Part shown: positions 49,925 through 63,842 of the stretch, piece by piece
Layout of the letters: each line of letters begins with the position of its first letter
How positions within the stretch are numbered: position 1 is the stretch's first letter
DNA from: Macrostomum hystrix
Taxonomy: Eukaryota > Animalia > Platyhelminthes
Length of the DNA: 64,000 nt
NCBI GenBank assembly: GCA_950097015.1
Contig: CATNEN010000007.1
Location: 9,548,001 to 9,612,000, forward strand
Reading direction: 5' to 3'
Translations under genes and position numbers: made by a program
Notes under the pieces: generated by a model
What the model saw: only the letters and a program-made list of their open reading frames with translations
Databases searched by the model: none
Told to the model about the DNA's origin: nothing

Positions 49925-50231
49925 GGTTGTAGCCTAGTGGTTAGGGCGTCGGACTCACGACTTGAAGGTCGGTGGTTCGATTCCCGTCTCCACTGGAACA
50001 ATTTGTGTCCTTTAGCAAGACACTTAACTCTGCATTGCTTCAGTTCACCCAGCTGTTAAATGGGTACCAGAATTAGCTGGGATAATCGAAGGTGGGTGTG
50101 GCGTCCCCCCAGTCCATGGACTGAACAGCCGTACGCAGCCTTCAGATGCGCTGCGCAATAGCTGCGGCTGTGCTGTCGGCTGCACATCTGACCCGATTGG
50201 GGCAGGTGTAATCAATTATTAATTATTATAA
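49925..50231 (+). mobile_element. tRNA-derived SINE (family B, CORE-like body) with 11-bp TSD
   Basis: A box tagcctagtgg, B box ggttcgattcc, body tgtgtcctttagcaagacacttaac, (att)n tail; TSD ttagatctaga at 49914-49924 and 50232-50242. Confidence 0.88.
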
Positions 50232-52542
50232 TTAGATCTAGAAGTAAAAATATTACCTGAAGAAGTGATCGTAGTTAAAGTATTTTACAGTTTTGAGTTT
50301 TCAAAACTGAAATATTTCTAGCAGAACGGATGTTTCCAGTTAATGAATTTTCAAATTTATACATTGATACAATACAGTATGACAGCTAGTATACGAGCGT
50401 TGTATGTATAACTGTTTCTAATATAATGGGCTACATATTTTTTTCTGAATGTTCTGTGATGTTGTCTCTCTAATTTAATGTAATTTTAATATGCTAGTTA
50501 GAATTATGTGTATTATTTTCGTTAGCTATATTTGTTAGGGATATTTCTTCGGTTTTCCATTAATATTTATAATGGTTTTAGTGTACTTCATAGTACGTAG
50601 TTCGTAGTACGTAGTACGTAGTACGTAGTTCGTATTAAAATGTGCTAATTAGGCCTTTACAGGAAGGCTCCCTCTCCCCGGGGCTAGTTCTACGACTGAG
50701 TGTTGGTTGTTATTTTATCAGTGGCTAATTTGAACTGTAGCCGTAGCTGTGTTTCAAGTGAAATCCATTGAGTAGCTCTGTAATTCATCTAAGATATAGC
50801 CAGCATTCGCCGTAAAGACGATCTCTTAATTCGAAGGCCCAATTTATTGTATGAGAGTGCTTTCCGCTACAAGGTTTTGTAACGATTGATAATTTACCTT
50901 ACTAGTAAAATAAACCGAAACTGCTACGCCTATTCGTTGAAACCGAAAATTCGTCATAGTTCTTTCAAAAGTAATGAATACACGAGATGAAATGAGCTGA
51001 AATGGGCTGTTTCTAGCTAGACATCCATGTGTGTGAGCGATGCAATTCGTTCGATAATAAATTAGCCAACGGCGCGGCATTTTCAAAATTGCCAAACTTT
51101 AGTTAATATTCTTTGGTTGCTGTTTTTTCTTCGCTATTTAGATTCCTGCACTCCGGGAACTTCTTATGAGTTGAAAAATAAATATCTTTCTTGCTATAAA
51201 CAGCAGAGTAACAGCTAGGCGAACTCGCCCAGTGCACGCATAACACAGGCGGTAGTCAGATGCGGGTGCGGCAGTTGCAGCTGCAAATTCAGCTCAATAC
51301 GCCAGACTAGGCGCGGTATTCTATAGGCAGTCATGCAGTTACAGTGACTGTCTTTTGCGGTAACTATAACTCTTCGTGAGCTAAGTGTACGCGAATGGCT
51401 GTGTAGCATTGTGCCAGAGCCTGCAAATGCTGCATGCAACGTGCGTAACAATGAGTGTGGTTTTGCCGCTTTGTGCTCAGAGGCTCTCTCGCTTGTAAGC
51501 CCAAGTCAAAGCTTTAGTGCGAGCTGGCCCCTGCACCGCTAATACCACAGTCGAATGTATACAAGCATGCTTTGCCACTTGGTGCAGTAAAATTGATTTT
51601 CTCCTTTGAGTTTGATAATTGACAGACCATCAAGATGGGCATCTTTCTGCTCAATCTGTAAAAAAAATTAGCCTGTAAAGCTTATTTCAAACGCTGTGAA
51701 TGAACTATTTATGAATTTTTGAGCAACCATTTCTCCTTTGAAATGCAAGGAGCTGCAACGTACTGCAGGTACTACAGGTACTGCAAGGAGCTTTCTATTG
51801 GCAAATTAAGTGACGTAAGTGCAAGTTGCTAAGCATTCATTTAGCAGTTCTAAGATGGATGGTCCTTACGTCATTCCCTATAGGTAGATATTGGACCCTG
51901 GAAATGTATTCTTTTAAGAATTTGTGTGTCGCAAAAATGCACATTGTTCAGAAAATATAAGTTCTGCAGTTCTTAAATAAAAAAAGATTGCGAAATGAAG
52001 GCTAATTGCCTCCAGACAGCGCTCCTAAGGCAGTTCTTTTCGGACTTTTCTATCGCACAGCCGCTCAGCCTCCATTGACAGCACAACAGAGCTTATATTG
52101 GCAATTGATGCCACACAAATTCCAATGTGGAATTTAATGTGGAATTTAGTGGCCTCATTGTATGCGCGAGAGGCATGGCGTTAATACAAAGTAAGCACTG
52201 CAACTCTAGCCGATGCTTCCAGCCAGAGGCGCGTGCATCCACCCTGAAGCCTTGCCTGCATGCAAGCGGTCCGCTCAAAGCAAATGCCGTAGCTAAGAAG
52301 GCACAAAGCTCACAACCCTTGCCTATTCAAAATTCTTCGAGGCGAGCCCCCTGCCTCGTCCATGGCCCTTTAAGTGAGTGGTGAGTGTCTGTTTGCAGCC
52401 AATGCACCCCACAGTGGAAGTCACCAAGCATGCAGACCAATGTATTAATGGCTGCAGGGGCACAATGGGATAGACAATGGCTAAACTGTTTCTACTCTCG
52501 AGTGACAAATGAACCTTCAGCCGGCCACACCCATGAGACTCG

Positions 52543-52552
52543 GTATTTAAAA
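52543..52552 (+). promoter_or_regulatory. Candidate TATA-like box upstream of the Rh gene
   Basis: gtatttaaaa about 120 bp upstream of ATG 52668. Confidence 0.3.
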
Positions 52553-52667
52553 AGCCACCGGTCAGGGCTCGTGAGCCACCACTCCCTCTTTTTTGCTCCA
52601 CAGCGACCGACGAGTCCGCCCCTATTCTCTTTTGCTACTCGAATCATTTCTTAGCAAAAGATCTGTC

Positions 52668-54431
52668 ATGCCAGGACGCCTGAACGTAGCAAAGGCGGAA
52701 AACAAGTTTGCTGCCTCAAACCAGGGCCGGCGAATTCAATTCATTGTGCTGGCCAGCCTGCTGCAGCTCGCCTTTCTCATCATCTTCGGCATCTTTGTTC
52801 GCTATGATAAACCCGCTGATGCCAAGTACGTAGGTGACCCTGCCGTGGTTGCCAAGCAGCGAGGCATCAACGGCTCAACTCAGCTCGGCGCGCCAGTTAA
52901 GGATGATTTGGATGTGTACTATGCAATGTTTCAGGATATCCACGTCATGATGTTCATCGGCTTCGGCTACCTAATGACGTTCCTCAAGCGGTATGGCTTC
53001 AACGGTGTGGGCATCAACATGTTCTTGGCCTGTCTTGTTATCCAGTGGTCCACCATTGTTCGTGGTTGCTTCCATCTGCACGATGGAATGATGACGTTTG
53101 GAGCCATGGATCTGTTGTACAGTGACTTCTCGTGCGTTGGCATTCTTATTTCTTATGGCTGCGTTCTTGGAAAGCTGACACCTGTCCAGATGATGGTCAT
53201 GGCTATGATGCAGGTTCCAATCTTTGTGGGCAATGAGTATCTTGGTCTGGAAGTTTTTATGGCTAAGGATGTTGGAGGTTCGATCTTTCTGCATATCTTC
53301 GGGGCCTATTTTGGCCTATTCGTATCCGTGGTGACATTCAACCGCGACGTTGCTGGGCACCGCAGCGATTCGACCATCTACCACTCTGAGATTTTCAGCA
53401 TGATCGGCACCCTCTTTCTCTGGATGTTCTGGCCAAGCTTTAACTCTGCCATCGTCCTGCAGGACAACCGCATGCGAGCTGTCATCAATACTTACATCGC
53501 CCTGAGCGCCTGCACAGTTGTGGCCTTCCTATTGAGCGCTACAGTGACGGAGGACCGAAAGTTTCTCATGATGCACATTCAAAACAGCACGATCGCTGGT
53601 GAGTTGAGTAATAATTGACAAATGCGATTTTAAATGAAAGCTGACAAAGTGAATGCAATTTTCCGAAATGCATAATAAACGTACCTCTACATGAATTGTA
53701 TGAAAAAGTGGATACCTTTCAACTCTAAACTCTCTAAACCCAAAAGTACACACTAGATACCTATGACTAAACTATGTGTAGGCGGAGTGGCAGTCGGGTC
53801 TGTGGCGGACATGCAGCTGCAGCCATGGGGTGCCATGCTCATCGGCATTGTTGCGGCCATCGTGTCGGTGATTGGCTATCGGTTCCTGACGCCAGCCCTG
53901 GAGAAGATCCGCTTCCACGATACGTGCGGCGTGAACAATCTGCACGGCATGCCAGGCCTCATCAGCGGCATCGCCAGCGCCATTGCCTGCGCCGTTGCCT
54001 CGCGTGAAACGTACGGCGACTCACTTTATGTCGTTTTCCCAGCACTGGCGCCGTTTAACACCACCGTGAAAGTTTCCCAGCTCAACGGTGACCATGAGAT
54101 TCATGCGGGCCTCGGCCGGACGCCTGGAACCCAGGGTCTCTACCAGCTGGCCGCCATCGGCTGCACCCTAGCTGTGGCCATCGTCGGTGGCAGTCTGACA
54201 GGCCTGGTGCTTCGCCTGCCATTCTTCGACTCGTACGACAATGTCACTTATTATTCAGACGAGCCGCACTGGCACCGCCCGGAGGACGGCTTCCCTGACC
54301 GCTTTACGCAGCTCATCTACCACAAGGGCGACGCCTCCGTCATCCCGGAGCACCGGGTTGACGAAGTCACCCAGCGTGGAGCCACCTACGAGTTGAAGGT
54401 TAACCAAGGCTACGAGCTGGAGGCCCGCTGA
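52668..54431 (+). CDS. Rhesus-family (Rh50) ammonia/CO2 channel, 526 aa
   Basis: Exons 52668-53598 and 53782-54431. YAMFQDIHVMMFIGFGYLMTFLKRY, DVGGSIFLHIFGAYFGL, IGTLFLWMFWPSFNSA, HDTCGVNNLHGMPG (twin His intact). Confidence 0.96.
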
Positions 54432-55762
54432 GCGGTAGACGAGAAATGTGCGGCTTTGAATTTGAGCAACTCATTTTGTTAATCGACTTCTGTTAGAGCC
54501 TATGATGTACGAACAAATTCAGGTACATATACTCACACTTGGTGCCATTGAAAACGTTCAATTTTAATCGAGATTGAGATGCAAAAAAGCAAAAATTTTA
54601 TTACGAAAAGTGGAAAAAATCGCTTATCGAACTTAATAAGTTCATTAACTTTTCTAAAGTACAGATTATTGGATTTTGTATGAACTCAACGTTCAATTAA
54701 TTATCCTTCTTTAGTAAAGCGATCCTGACTTTGAGAAAGTTTTTTACGAAGCTGCTATTTTGTGAAAGCTTTGTTTTTATATGCATTGCTAAATACCTTT
54801 TCTTAGATTTGCTTACATTTTTACGGATTCCACCGTAACAAGATTTTTCCATAGTAAGCTCATTGTTCAAAACTGTTCTAAATTGTTCCAGTCGTTCAAA
54901 GCACTCGTTGAATTTGGGGTTTCCCAAAAACGACCGCTGGTCAAAGTTAAATGACTGTATTCTTCCATTAACAATGGAAGAGCTCAAATTTCTTTTTCCT
55001 TTTCCCGTTGCTCGTGAACTTGACCTGTCCAACATATTTTCTAAGACTTGAAAATTTTTTCAGAGGGCGATTTTTAGACATGAAGTTCATAAGTCCTTAA
55101 AATAGTTTTCATTATTAATATACTAAAAAATTACGTGGACTGGGTCACATCAACTAATTCGTTCCATTTTAGCAGTTGTTTTACCGCGACTAATCCGTGA
55201 TCGATAATTGTGCTTCTCATTTTACTAACACTTTAGATACCTTACCAAATGATAACAGTAAATCTGCTCATATGAATTAAAAAGCCGTACACCAAGCAGC
55301 TGGCTGATGGCTTTGATTTTGTATGTTAACCTTTGCGGTAATGTTCAATGCGTTCGCACTTTTGTTTTCATATTAGTTTTCATACCGAATGTTACAAATA
55401 ACGCCTAGGTCAAAAATACTTCCAAAACTCTTTGGTCGTTTCTGGCCTAACCCTAAGGGTACAGTGGCTTTGGCGCGGTATTTTTTATTTCAATTGTTAC
55501 TAAAATGTTAACACATTTCAAACCAAATTAGGCAAACCAGAAAAACCACAGGAGACCACATTATATAGTTACCTTCGCAAAACTGCTGTTGCCGGAAGCT
55601 GTGTTTTATAAAATTAGACGGTTTAAACCACAGAGTATACTGAAGTAATGCACGTGTAACTCTAAACAAAATAAAATTAAGGCTAAACCGTATTTTCAAG
55701 GCCACTTGTTTCGTTGCTTAACTTGCTTTCTGGTCAGGTGCGGCTCGAGCAACTCCAGGATA

Positions 55763-57151
55763 ATATACCTTTTTGCAATCAATTTCGTAGTTTTTGCGTC
55801 CTATTTCGGCAGCGCATTCACATGGGCACTGTGGGCACAGTTCGAATGTTATTGCCATAGACAATTTCTCACTCGATCGCGTTCAGTGAGGGTTGGGATG
55901 AAAAATTTGTCTCCGAAAGCAGGCCTATAGTCGTCTCCGCAAGTCTGTTTCGGTGTTTTTACTTTCTGCTCCCGGCTAGAATGCCTCCAAGAGGACAATA
56001 CACGCGCGTCACGACATGGATCGACAGAGACTGATCGCAGCTTACGACTTCAATGCAGACTGGCGAGCGCTCGCTCGTGTGCTGGGCTTTGCGCGCCAAA
56101 CTGCGGCAAGCATTATCAAAGCCTACGCTGACCAGGGCAGAGCGGACCCTCTTGCAAAAGGCGGAGCAAAGAGGCGTCGCTTGAAAGATGATATGGTGAA
56201 TGCGATCACCGAATTCCTGGAAACCCAACCCGGCGCAATACTGGCGCAGATGAGGAACCACATCCTGCAGGGATTCCCCAATCTAGTGAATGTGTCACTG
56301 TCTGCCATCAGCCGCGCACTGGATGGAAGACTCATCACTCTCAAGCTCATGAGAGGGAATCCAGTGGATTGGAACACTCCCGTGACCAAGGAGGCCCGCC
56401 GCATGCATGCTGAGTGGATGCTGGCCGAAGGCGTCCATCGCCACACGATCTGGCTTGACGAGTTCGGTGTCAATCTGTGGACACTCCGCAGTCAGGGCTG
56501 GGCTCCACGAGGCCAGCGTGCCGTCTCGGTTTTGAATGGCCAGCGAGGGTAGAACCTAACCATCTACCTGGTCATCTCGCCTGTGTACGGCCTGATTCAC
56601 CTGACCACTATACAGGGAGGCTTCACCAACGCCCATTTCGCAGACTTTCTAACCGAATTGGACGTCCTGTTCGAGGAGGGGGAATTCGTGCTCAAGGTTG
56701 ATGGCGCTCGTGCGCACCTGAACGTGCCAGGATTGGGTGAAGGTCATGAGTGCCGGTTTCTGCCTCCGTATTCACCATTCCTGAATGCCGCTGAGCAGGC
56801 AGGCTCATGCCTGAAGGCAGCGCTGAAGCGTGCTCTCTCGTCGCCTGCGGTGCAGCGGGAGGCCGGCGATCAGACCGCTGCACAAGCAGCGGGCATCTCA
56901 CTGCAGCAACATCGACCCCGGCTGCTGCAACGCTTGGTGCGCATTGCAGCGCAGGACATTACACCGTTCAAGTGTCTGCAATGGGTGAACCACGGCCAGA
57001 CGTACGTGCTGCGTGCTGTAAGCTGCCGAAATAGGACGCAAAATGGCCGAATTTGAACGCAAAAGTTATGGCTTAGTTGTTTAGACTGCACACTAGCGCT
57101 CGCGCCGAAATTGAACGCAAAAACGACGAAATTGATTGCAAAAAGGTATAG
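55763..57151 (+). mobile_element. IS630/Tc1-like DNA transposon with pseudogenised transposase
   Basis: TIRs (a/c)tatacctttttgcaatcaatttcgt, TA flanks, internal repeats of the TIR motif at the right end. Transposase from ~55981 has an early frameshift and a TAG at 56550-56552; motifs WLDEFG, VDGARAH, LPPYSPFLNAAE. Confidence 0.9.
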
Positions 57152-58952
57152 TACACTAGCGCCTACTGCAGGGACCTTAGGTCCACGAGGGGGAGACCGC
57201 GACCATCCCCATGCAGCCTGGCATTGGGACCGCCTTCAGCCATTCGGCACGGCGCCAGCGGGGGAGTGGCGATCGTGTCCTAACCACTTCTCTCTGCTAC
57301 TAAGATACGAGTAGTACGTAGCAGACTGAAACCTGTCCAGTCAAACGACCATGTCACCGAGGACAATCTTAATTACGTTCTCCGGCTCCGTGGCGGCAGT
57401 GAGCCCACATTGGCGCCAAGACAACGCCGTAGGCGCCCCAATGCGATCCCGCGCGCCTGATCATTGGCTGCTACAGTTACCACTCAAAACCACGCAATTT
57501 TGTAACCCTGCGCCTAGCCTACCTGCCGCCAATCAGCAATTTCGCCATCGAACGAGCCGCCAATCTTTTTGACAGCATCGCTAGACAAGCGCCGAACTGC
57601 CCGGCCTCCGCCACCGCCATGCATACGGCCCGCAGCTTCGAAACTGGCCCCAACATCCCACCAACCCAAGAGGAGGCGGACCGCTTCTATATCGACCGCT
57701 CCAGACAATTTAGGCGTTGCTGGCGCCTTGCCGCCCTCCAACTCCCCGTCTGCATTGAGCTCCAGTGCCTTCAGCAGGAACCACACCCCGGCCTAGCTCC
57801 ACGTGGCTGGACATGTCTGCCGACCATGCCACGTTTGACCGTGCCACGACAAACGTGCTCCGTCCGTCGTGACGCACCCTAGTATGGCCCTGGCCCTTCA
57901 ATGCCAGGCTACAGCACGGGATTTCTTCTTCTAGTGTCGTTGGTTTTCGAGTGCTAGTCAGAATTCTGTATAATTAGAATAAGTGTTGCCACAAACGTAT
58001 TGAATTAGACCTCCTCAAATTTGTACAAAAATGCCACAACTTTTCAATTTATTAATTATTAATATTCAATCACATCGATGCTATAGTTATGTTATTTTTA
58101 TTTTTTAAGTTTCAGGTTGCATCATTTCTAGGAAATTCCTTCACGACTTAACTTAGATACCCCCACGTGATATTGAACGAGCCTTTTGTAACTTACGCTT
58201 TCAAAGCAGAATCGAAACTTTCAGTTTATGAAATGTTTATCATATTTTATTTGCGCCTAGAATTCTGTATTTAAACTCATGACTGTAACCTTGCATTAAT
58301 AATTTCTACAGCATAATTCGCATTCTGCAGTCTACTGATTATTAAAGCTTAATGGACTAATGACACTCAAAGAGTAAAGACATATCATTATCAGTATATC
58401 ATATCAAATACCACTGAAAACAGGAAGCTGTGTGCTTACTTCGTTTCCATAATTATTCATGGCTCAAAAGCCATATTGTATCTCTGAATTTTGTTCCTAA
58501 GGCATATTTTTAATGCATGGTGGATGGGTGCATTTTTTAATGCACATTTCATATTACTTAAATATTGTAATCTGTATTTACAGTTTGTATAATTGTAAAT
58601 ATTTTCTTCAATTTAATAGTTATGGTCTAGTCTTATTTATTATTTTAAATTTTTTCTGGAAGTTTAAGCTGGGAAAATTGAATGAAATAAAATTCTGACA
58701 TGTACTGTAACTAGTTTTGTCATCATTGAAATCTAGCTTATTTGTTTGTCTGGTGCATAGGCCTTTTTGTTGATATTTATTAAACATACCCTAAGCTTCT
58801 TTTTTAATGAAAGGAACATAGTGTACAGTAGTGTCACTAGTGTGGTATAAAGAGTCTAAGTGAAGTTTTGTTTTTGCTATAGTTTTTATTGTATTTCAGT
58901 ATTTTTATTTTAAGACTTCAATAATAACTAAATAAAGTTCATTATTAACTTA

Positions 58953-60624
58953 CAAGGGCTATCCCAAAAGTAAGTTTTGGTCAACAATAAAAGGTCAACA
59001 GTTTGAAGGAAAGTCTTTCAAAACTTTAACTATAGGCCTAGTGAAAACTGGTCATAGTTACTTCACAAATTTGCTGCCAAGGTCCATGGGTAACCAGTCG
59101 TTTTGGCCAAAAAAGCCATTTCAGCCTCAAAACTGATTTGGCCACAAACCAGTTCAGCCCCATACTTATTTAAACTCACAACATTCTTAATTACAGCAAA
59201 TTTTTAATTTATTTAAGAGTTGTTAATTTTATTTGATAGCAATGATAGAAAGCACAAATTGGACTTTTACAATTACAAACAATTATAAATACATGCTCAA
59301 AGTAGTTGCGCAGTATAAAAGAAAAAAATAAGAGGACTTGGTACACAGAATGGTAAAAACATGAATATTCTGTGCCAATGTGAATAGTTCAGTACTACCA
59401 ATGAGAGCATTTCACTTGCCATTATGTGTATTGCCTATGAGTTTGGCTGCAGAGTCCAAGAAGACATTTACTGCTGTGGAATTGAAGATGTATAAAGATG
59501 GCCTTTTGCTGAAATGGCAATGGCTAAAATGACCAGAATTTGGTCTATGCACTTTTGCCAGTGCTGTAGTCACAATTGAAAAGCAGCATTGCAGCCGCCG
59601 GCTGCCAGATGCTGCAAAGCTGATGAAGCATTGTTGTTTATCTGTTTCACATAAGTAAAGTATTGACCATGAAGACCATCTTTCATTTGAGGAAATGTTT
59701 CTTTAGCAAACAAGGCCACTTTTTCCTGGCCTCAGTTTTTCTTGCACTACCCATTGTTAATATTCTGCATTCACCTTAGTGCCAATTGGCACTGGCCAGT
59801 CCACCAGGACCCCATGGATATCAAAGAAGATGACATGCATCACCTTCAAGGAGCTCTGTTTCCCTTGAATCTTCTCAAACTCGTTGATCCCCTTGGAAGC
59901 CACTGTGCTGACTGGTGCTTGAGCTCAGGATCCCACTCATAGACCCATGTCTGATCTCCTGTCACAATTTTGCTGAGAAAGTTGCTTCCTTCTCAATTAA
60001 ACCATAAAAGGTTTTCTTGTACCAAGGTCACCCTGTCCTTCATTTGGTCCTCAATCAAGAGATGAGGCACCCACTTTGTGAAGATCTACTGCATGTCCAA
60101 CTGCTAAGTAAGAATGCAATGCACTATCCTGTGAGGAATGTCCAGGAGGTCCTCACCTCAATCTCATTGCATGTCAATCTGCTGTCCACAGTGACTCCAG
60201 CTTTGACATGCTTGGCATTCGCATCAGTAGTGGCTGTTCTTGGCCTTCCAGACTGCTCTTTGTCTTCCATCAACAGTTTGCCTCCTCCAACTTCACAGAC
60301 TCTTTTCCAAACCATTTGAATTGATGGAGCATTTTCTTTCAGAACTTGTCCAAGCTCTCCATCAATCTCTGATGTTGATTTGCTAACCAAAACTGAAAAC
60401 TTAATGATGTTTCTGAACAAATCGTGTGAACAAAGCCAAAGTGGCCATCTTTGCAAATGAAACTGTGTTTAACTTAATGCCCTGCAGCATGTGAGACTGC
60501 ATTGGCTTTCAAACTTGTGCTGCCTTTTGCCATAGACATATAGATCAGGAATGACAAACATTTGCCAACAATGTGCCTAAGAAAATGTATACTACAGTGA
60601 AACTTATTTTTAGGAAAGCCCTTG
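58953..60624 (-). mobile_element. Decayed mariner element
   Basis: TIRs caagggctatcccaaaagtaagttt / aaacttatttttaggaaagcccttg with TA flanks; minus-strand remnants SGRPRT, KWVPHLL, IVTGDQTWVYEWDPE. Confidence 0.88.
59089..59541. mobile_element. MITE-like insertion nested in the mariner
   Basis: Imperfect inverted ends (gtcgttttggcca..gccatttcagc / gctgaaatggc..tggctaaaatgac); flanking ggtccatg / ggtctatg as possible TSD. Confidence 0.55.
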
Positions 60625-61934
60625 TAATATAAAATTTACTAAAACAAAAACAAAACGGCAAAAAACTGATTAACTATACTGAAGTCTACACAAATAACTT
60701 TGAGTCTATACCTATTCTGATTTTTACATTGCAATCCTAATATGTCAGAACCCATGTTCAATTTAGCCAGCTATATATTGATTTATCTATAACTTTATAT
60801 CTAGTATATAAAACATTTTTCAAAGGCTAAGCTCAATGTTCTCACTATATTTAAATGAATTGCTCATATTCTTAGTTTTGAAGGGAATATATTTTTTACT
60901 TATAGTTTGGATACCTAATTTTTCTTTAATATAAGTAGTTACTTATTGTAGTGACAGTGGTTGGTTTGAGATCCCTGGCCCACAGCCCTATTAAGTAAAA
61001 TATGATCAATCATTGAACCAGGCATTAGGACTCTGTTGCAGTCAGGGACTGGTGGCATTAGGACGCTCACACAGTACTTCTAAGATTATTACAGTACTCT
61101 GTGCGGGCCTGGCACTCTGAAAGGACAGACACGAATACAGCGCTTACCAGTCAGGATGCACAATATGATAACAGGATGACACTGAATATATTTTTTGTCA
61201 ATGTTTGCACTTCAATAAACAATATGCTCGTAATCACTAGTCAATAAACACTTTGCATACAAGGAATTGAGCCTTCGCCATAAGAGACCGTCTTTACGGC
61301 ACGATCTTTTAAAGTTTGCGAGGGGGGCGAGTGGTACCCTTGGCCTGGGCAGAAAACAATACCATTAGGGCCGACAAGGGGGCAGACAGGGGTGGAGCAC
61401 AAACAAAGCCTGCAGCGCGCTGGGGGGGTAGGGTTGTACATGCTGGACAGGTGGACAGGCAAAGCTACGCAGAGCTGATTGGCGTGAGGACAAAGCCACG
61501 CAGGGCTGGGGTAGGATAGACACACAATGCCCGTGCCCAGCCAATCAGATGGCGGCACCAGGCACTCCAAGCCAGGATGGGGGTGCATGAGGAAGGCCTA
61601 ACAAAAACCACACAAACCAGCCTAACACAAAGGCCGTGAACTGCCGGCCAGAGACACCGGCACCACATTATATATGATAAGTCATAACAATATACTAGAA
61701 ATCTACTAGTTTAATTTTTTTCTGTAGCTGGTAAAAAAGTGGGCAATTGACAAACTTTTTATTCAACTTTAAAAGTTAAATATTGGAACAATTATTTTTT
61801 ATTACATTAAAAATACAAAGAAGTAGCTAGATATTAAATTCTTTATCCCTAACCTTTTAGCTTACCCGTTTATATTTCAATCCAGAAACACTCAACTAAA
61901 TAATGAGATGACTGAAATTTTAAATTTCAACTTG

Positions 61935-62407
61935 GAATACTGAGGACAGTAGAGCAAGGACTGAAATCTGTCTCCTGTGAACACTGAGGACAGTAGAGCA
62001 TGGACTGAAATCTGTCAACTGGGAACACTGAGGACAGTAGAGCATGGACTGAAATCTGTCAACTGGGAACACTGAGGACAGTAGAGCATGGACTGAAATC
62101 TGTCAACTGGGAACACTGAGGACAGTAGAGCAAGGACTGAAATCTGTCTCCTGGGAACACTGAGGACAGTAGAGCATGGACTGAAATCTGTCTCCTGGGA
62201 ACACTGAGGACAATAGAGCAAGGACTGAAATCTGTCTCCTGGGAACACTGAGGACAGTAGAACAAGGACTGAAATCTGTCTCCTGGGAACACTGAGGACA
62301 ATAGAGCAAGGACTGAAATCTGTCTCCTGGGAACACTGAGGACAGTAGAGCATGGACTGAAATCTGTCTCCTGGGAACACTGAGGACAGTAGAGCATGGA
62401 CTGAAAT
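61935..62407. repeat. Minisatellite, 44-bp unit (gggaacactgaggacagtagagcatggactgaaatctgtctcct), ~11 copies
   Basis: Direct tandem array. Confidence 0.96.
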
Positions 62408-62861
62408 ATGGCAACTCAAACTTAAGGACTTTTCGTGACCAAGTTCTGCACCTTATGAGACAAATGAAATCTGATGAAATTTATAGTTTTTTTATGTAAG
62501 CCAATTTAGTAAGACTTGCCTTATGGTACAGGCGCTCTTAGCATTTTTTGTTCGATTCACTGCTCTGCCCTATTGAAGCATCAGCATTAGCACTGTGGCA
62601 TTGAAGTCTATAGGCACTAAGCATGTTGGTGTAAGCATGCATGCCACTGCATTGGCTCAGACAGGCTTCTAGTTTCACCTCGCTAATAAACAGTTTCTAA
62701 ATATTGTACATAACTTTTACTCGTATGTCACCTTGTGTTTGAGGCTGTTGTCTACTAATTTATTAGCCTGTTAGAAATGTATATTACTGTATTGCATTCA
62801 ATCATTATCCTTTCTCCCATTCCAGCCTGCTTTTGTAACCCAACTAACTAGAGAAACAATA

Positions 62862-62886
62862 ATGTCTGGCGATTCGAATAAAAAAG
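62862..62886 (+). CDS. Probable first coding exon (MSGDSNKK..) of a gene continuing beyond the window
   Basis: Strong acceptor tttctcccattccag ending 62825, ATG in ataATG context, donor AAG|gtgagc. Confidence 0.5.
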
Positions 62887-63842
62887 GTGAGCACCTAACT
62901 GCATTTGTCTACTTTCAGTAGCACTAGCGGCAGATTTGCCAGTATTTTACAGAATGTGAGACCCGCACCTTAGTTTAAGATAATCTTGCATCGTTGATTT
63001 TCCATGTGCTTTTGAGCAAAGCCTTTAATAGATTCCTGTGTTCCTGCCTCACGCATCTTGATTGCAGTCTTTGTCGCACCCGCATCCTCGAGCGCCCCAA
63101 CAGCTTCCTGCTCCCCGCTTTCCCGAGGATCCATTATTGGCTTTCAAAGTCTTTGTGTGTGGCAGCCTGCCTTAGCGTTGCCCCCAGTCATGAATTTAAG
63201 CCAGTTCCCTCTGCAATACACCCTGACTTCCTGCCGGTATCTTGAAGCTCTCCCTGCCTGCCTCCGGCTTCCCTGCTCAGTTTTCCCTGATTTGCCCATC
63301 TCCGGCACCCCGGGGCTCGGGTTGTCAGCCGCCGCACCAACCCGGCCTGGGCGAGCCGCATGCGGGTCACGGAATGCCTGCGGCTGGCCGCTGAAGCCGC
63401 ACTGCTTGCTTTGAAGCTGCTGGGGCTGACGGGCTAGAAACCCAAGCTCAGCGCCGGCTAGTAAAGCCTGGAGTAGAGGCGACGTGTAAGCTGAGACGGC
63501 TCAACTTCATCTTTTGCGAGCTGTCGCGCTCGCTTGTTTTTGGGTGTGCTCATAGATTTCCAGTGAGCAGAACAATCAATGAAATTTGTTGGAAATATCT
63601 CGAATTTCAAGTCGCATGTTTTTCGTCTTTCTAATGACTTTTTGTTCTGCCAAGTCCTCGTGACGTCTCGTTATTACTAGTAGCTAAGTTACTCCGTTAG
63701 TTTAAAAGTAACGATGAGAGTAATATTGCGTTACATGATTAAAGATCGATCAAGAGTGGACTATAAACCTATCATGACTTTTCCGTTAGATTAGAACTAA
63801 CAATTAGCAGAACATTGTCTTTGATGCCAAGATTAGCACCGA

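Noticed and set aside
49925-49995. tRNA gene (apparent CAC anticodon)
   Set aside because: Acceptor and T stems pair poorly, and the sequence continues into a SINE body with tail and TSD
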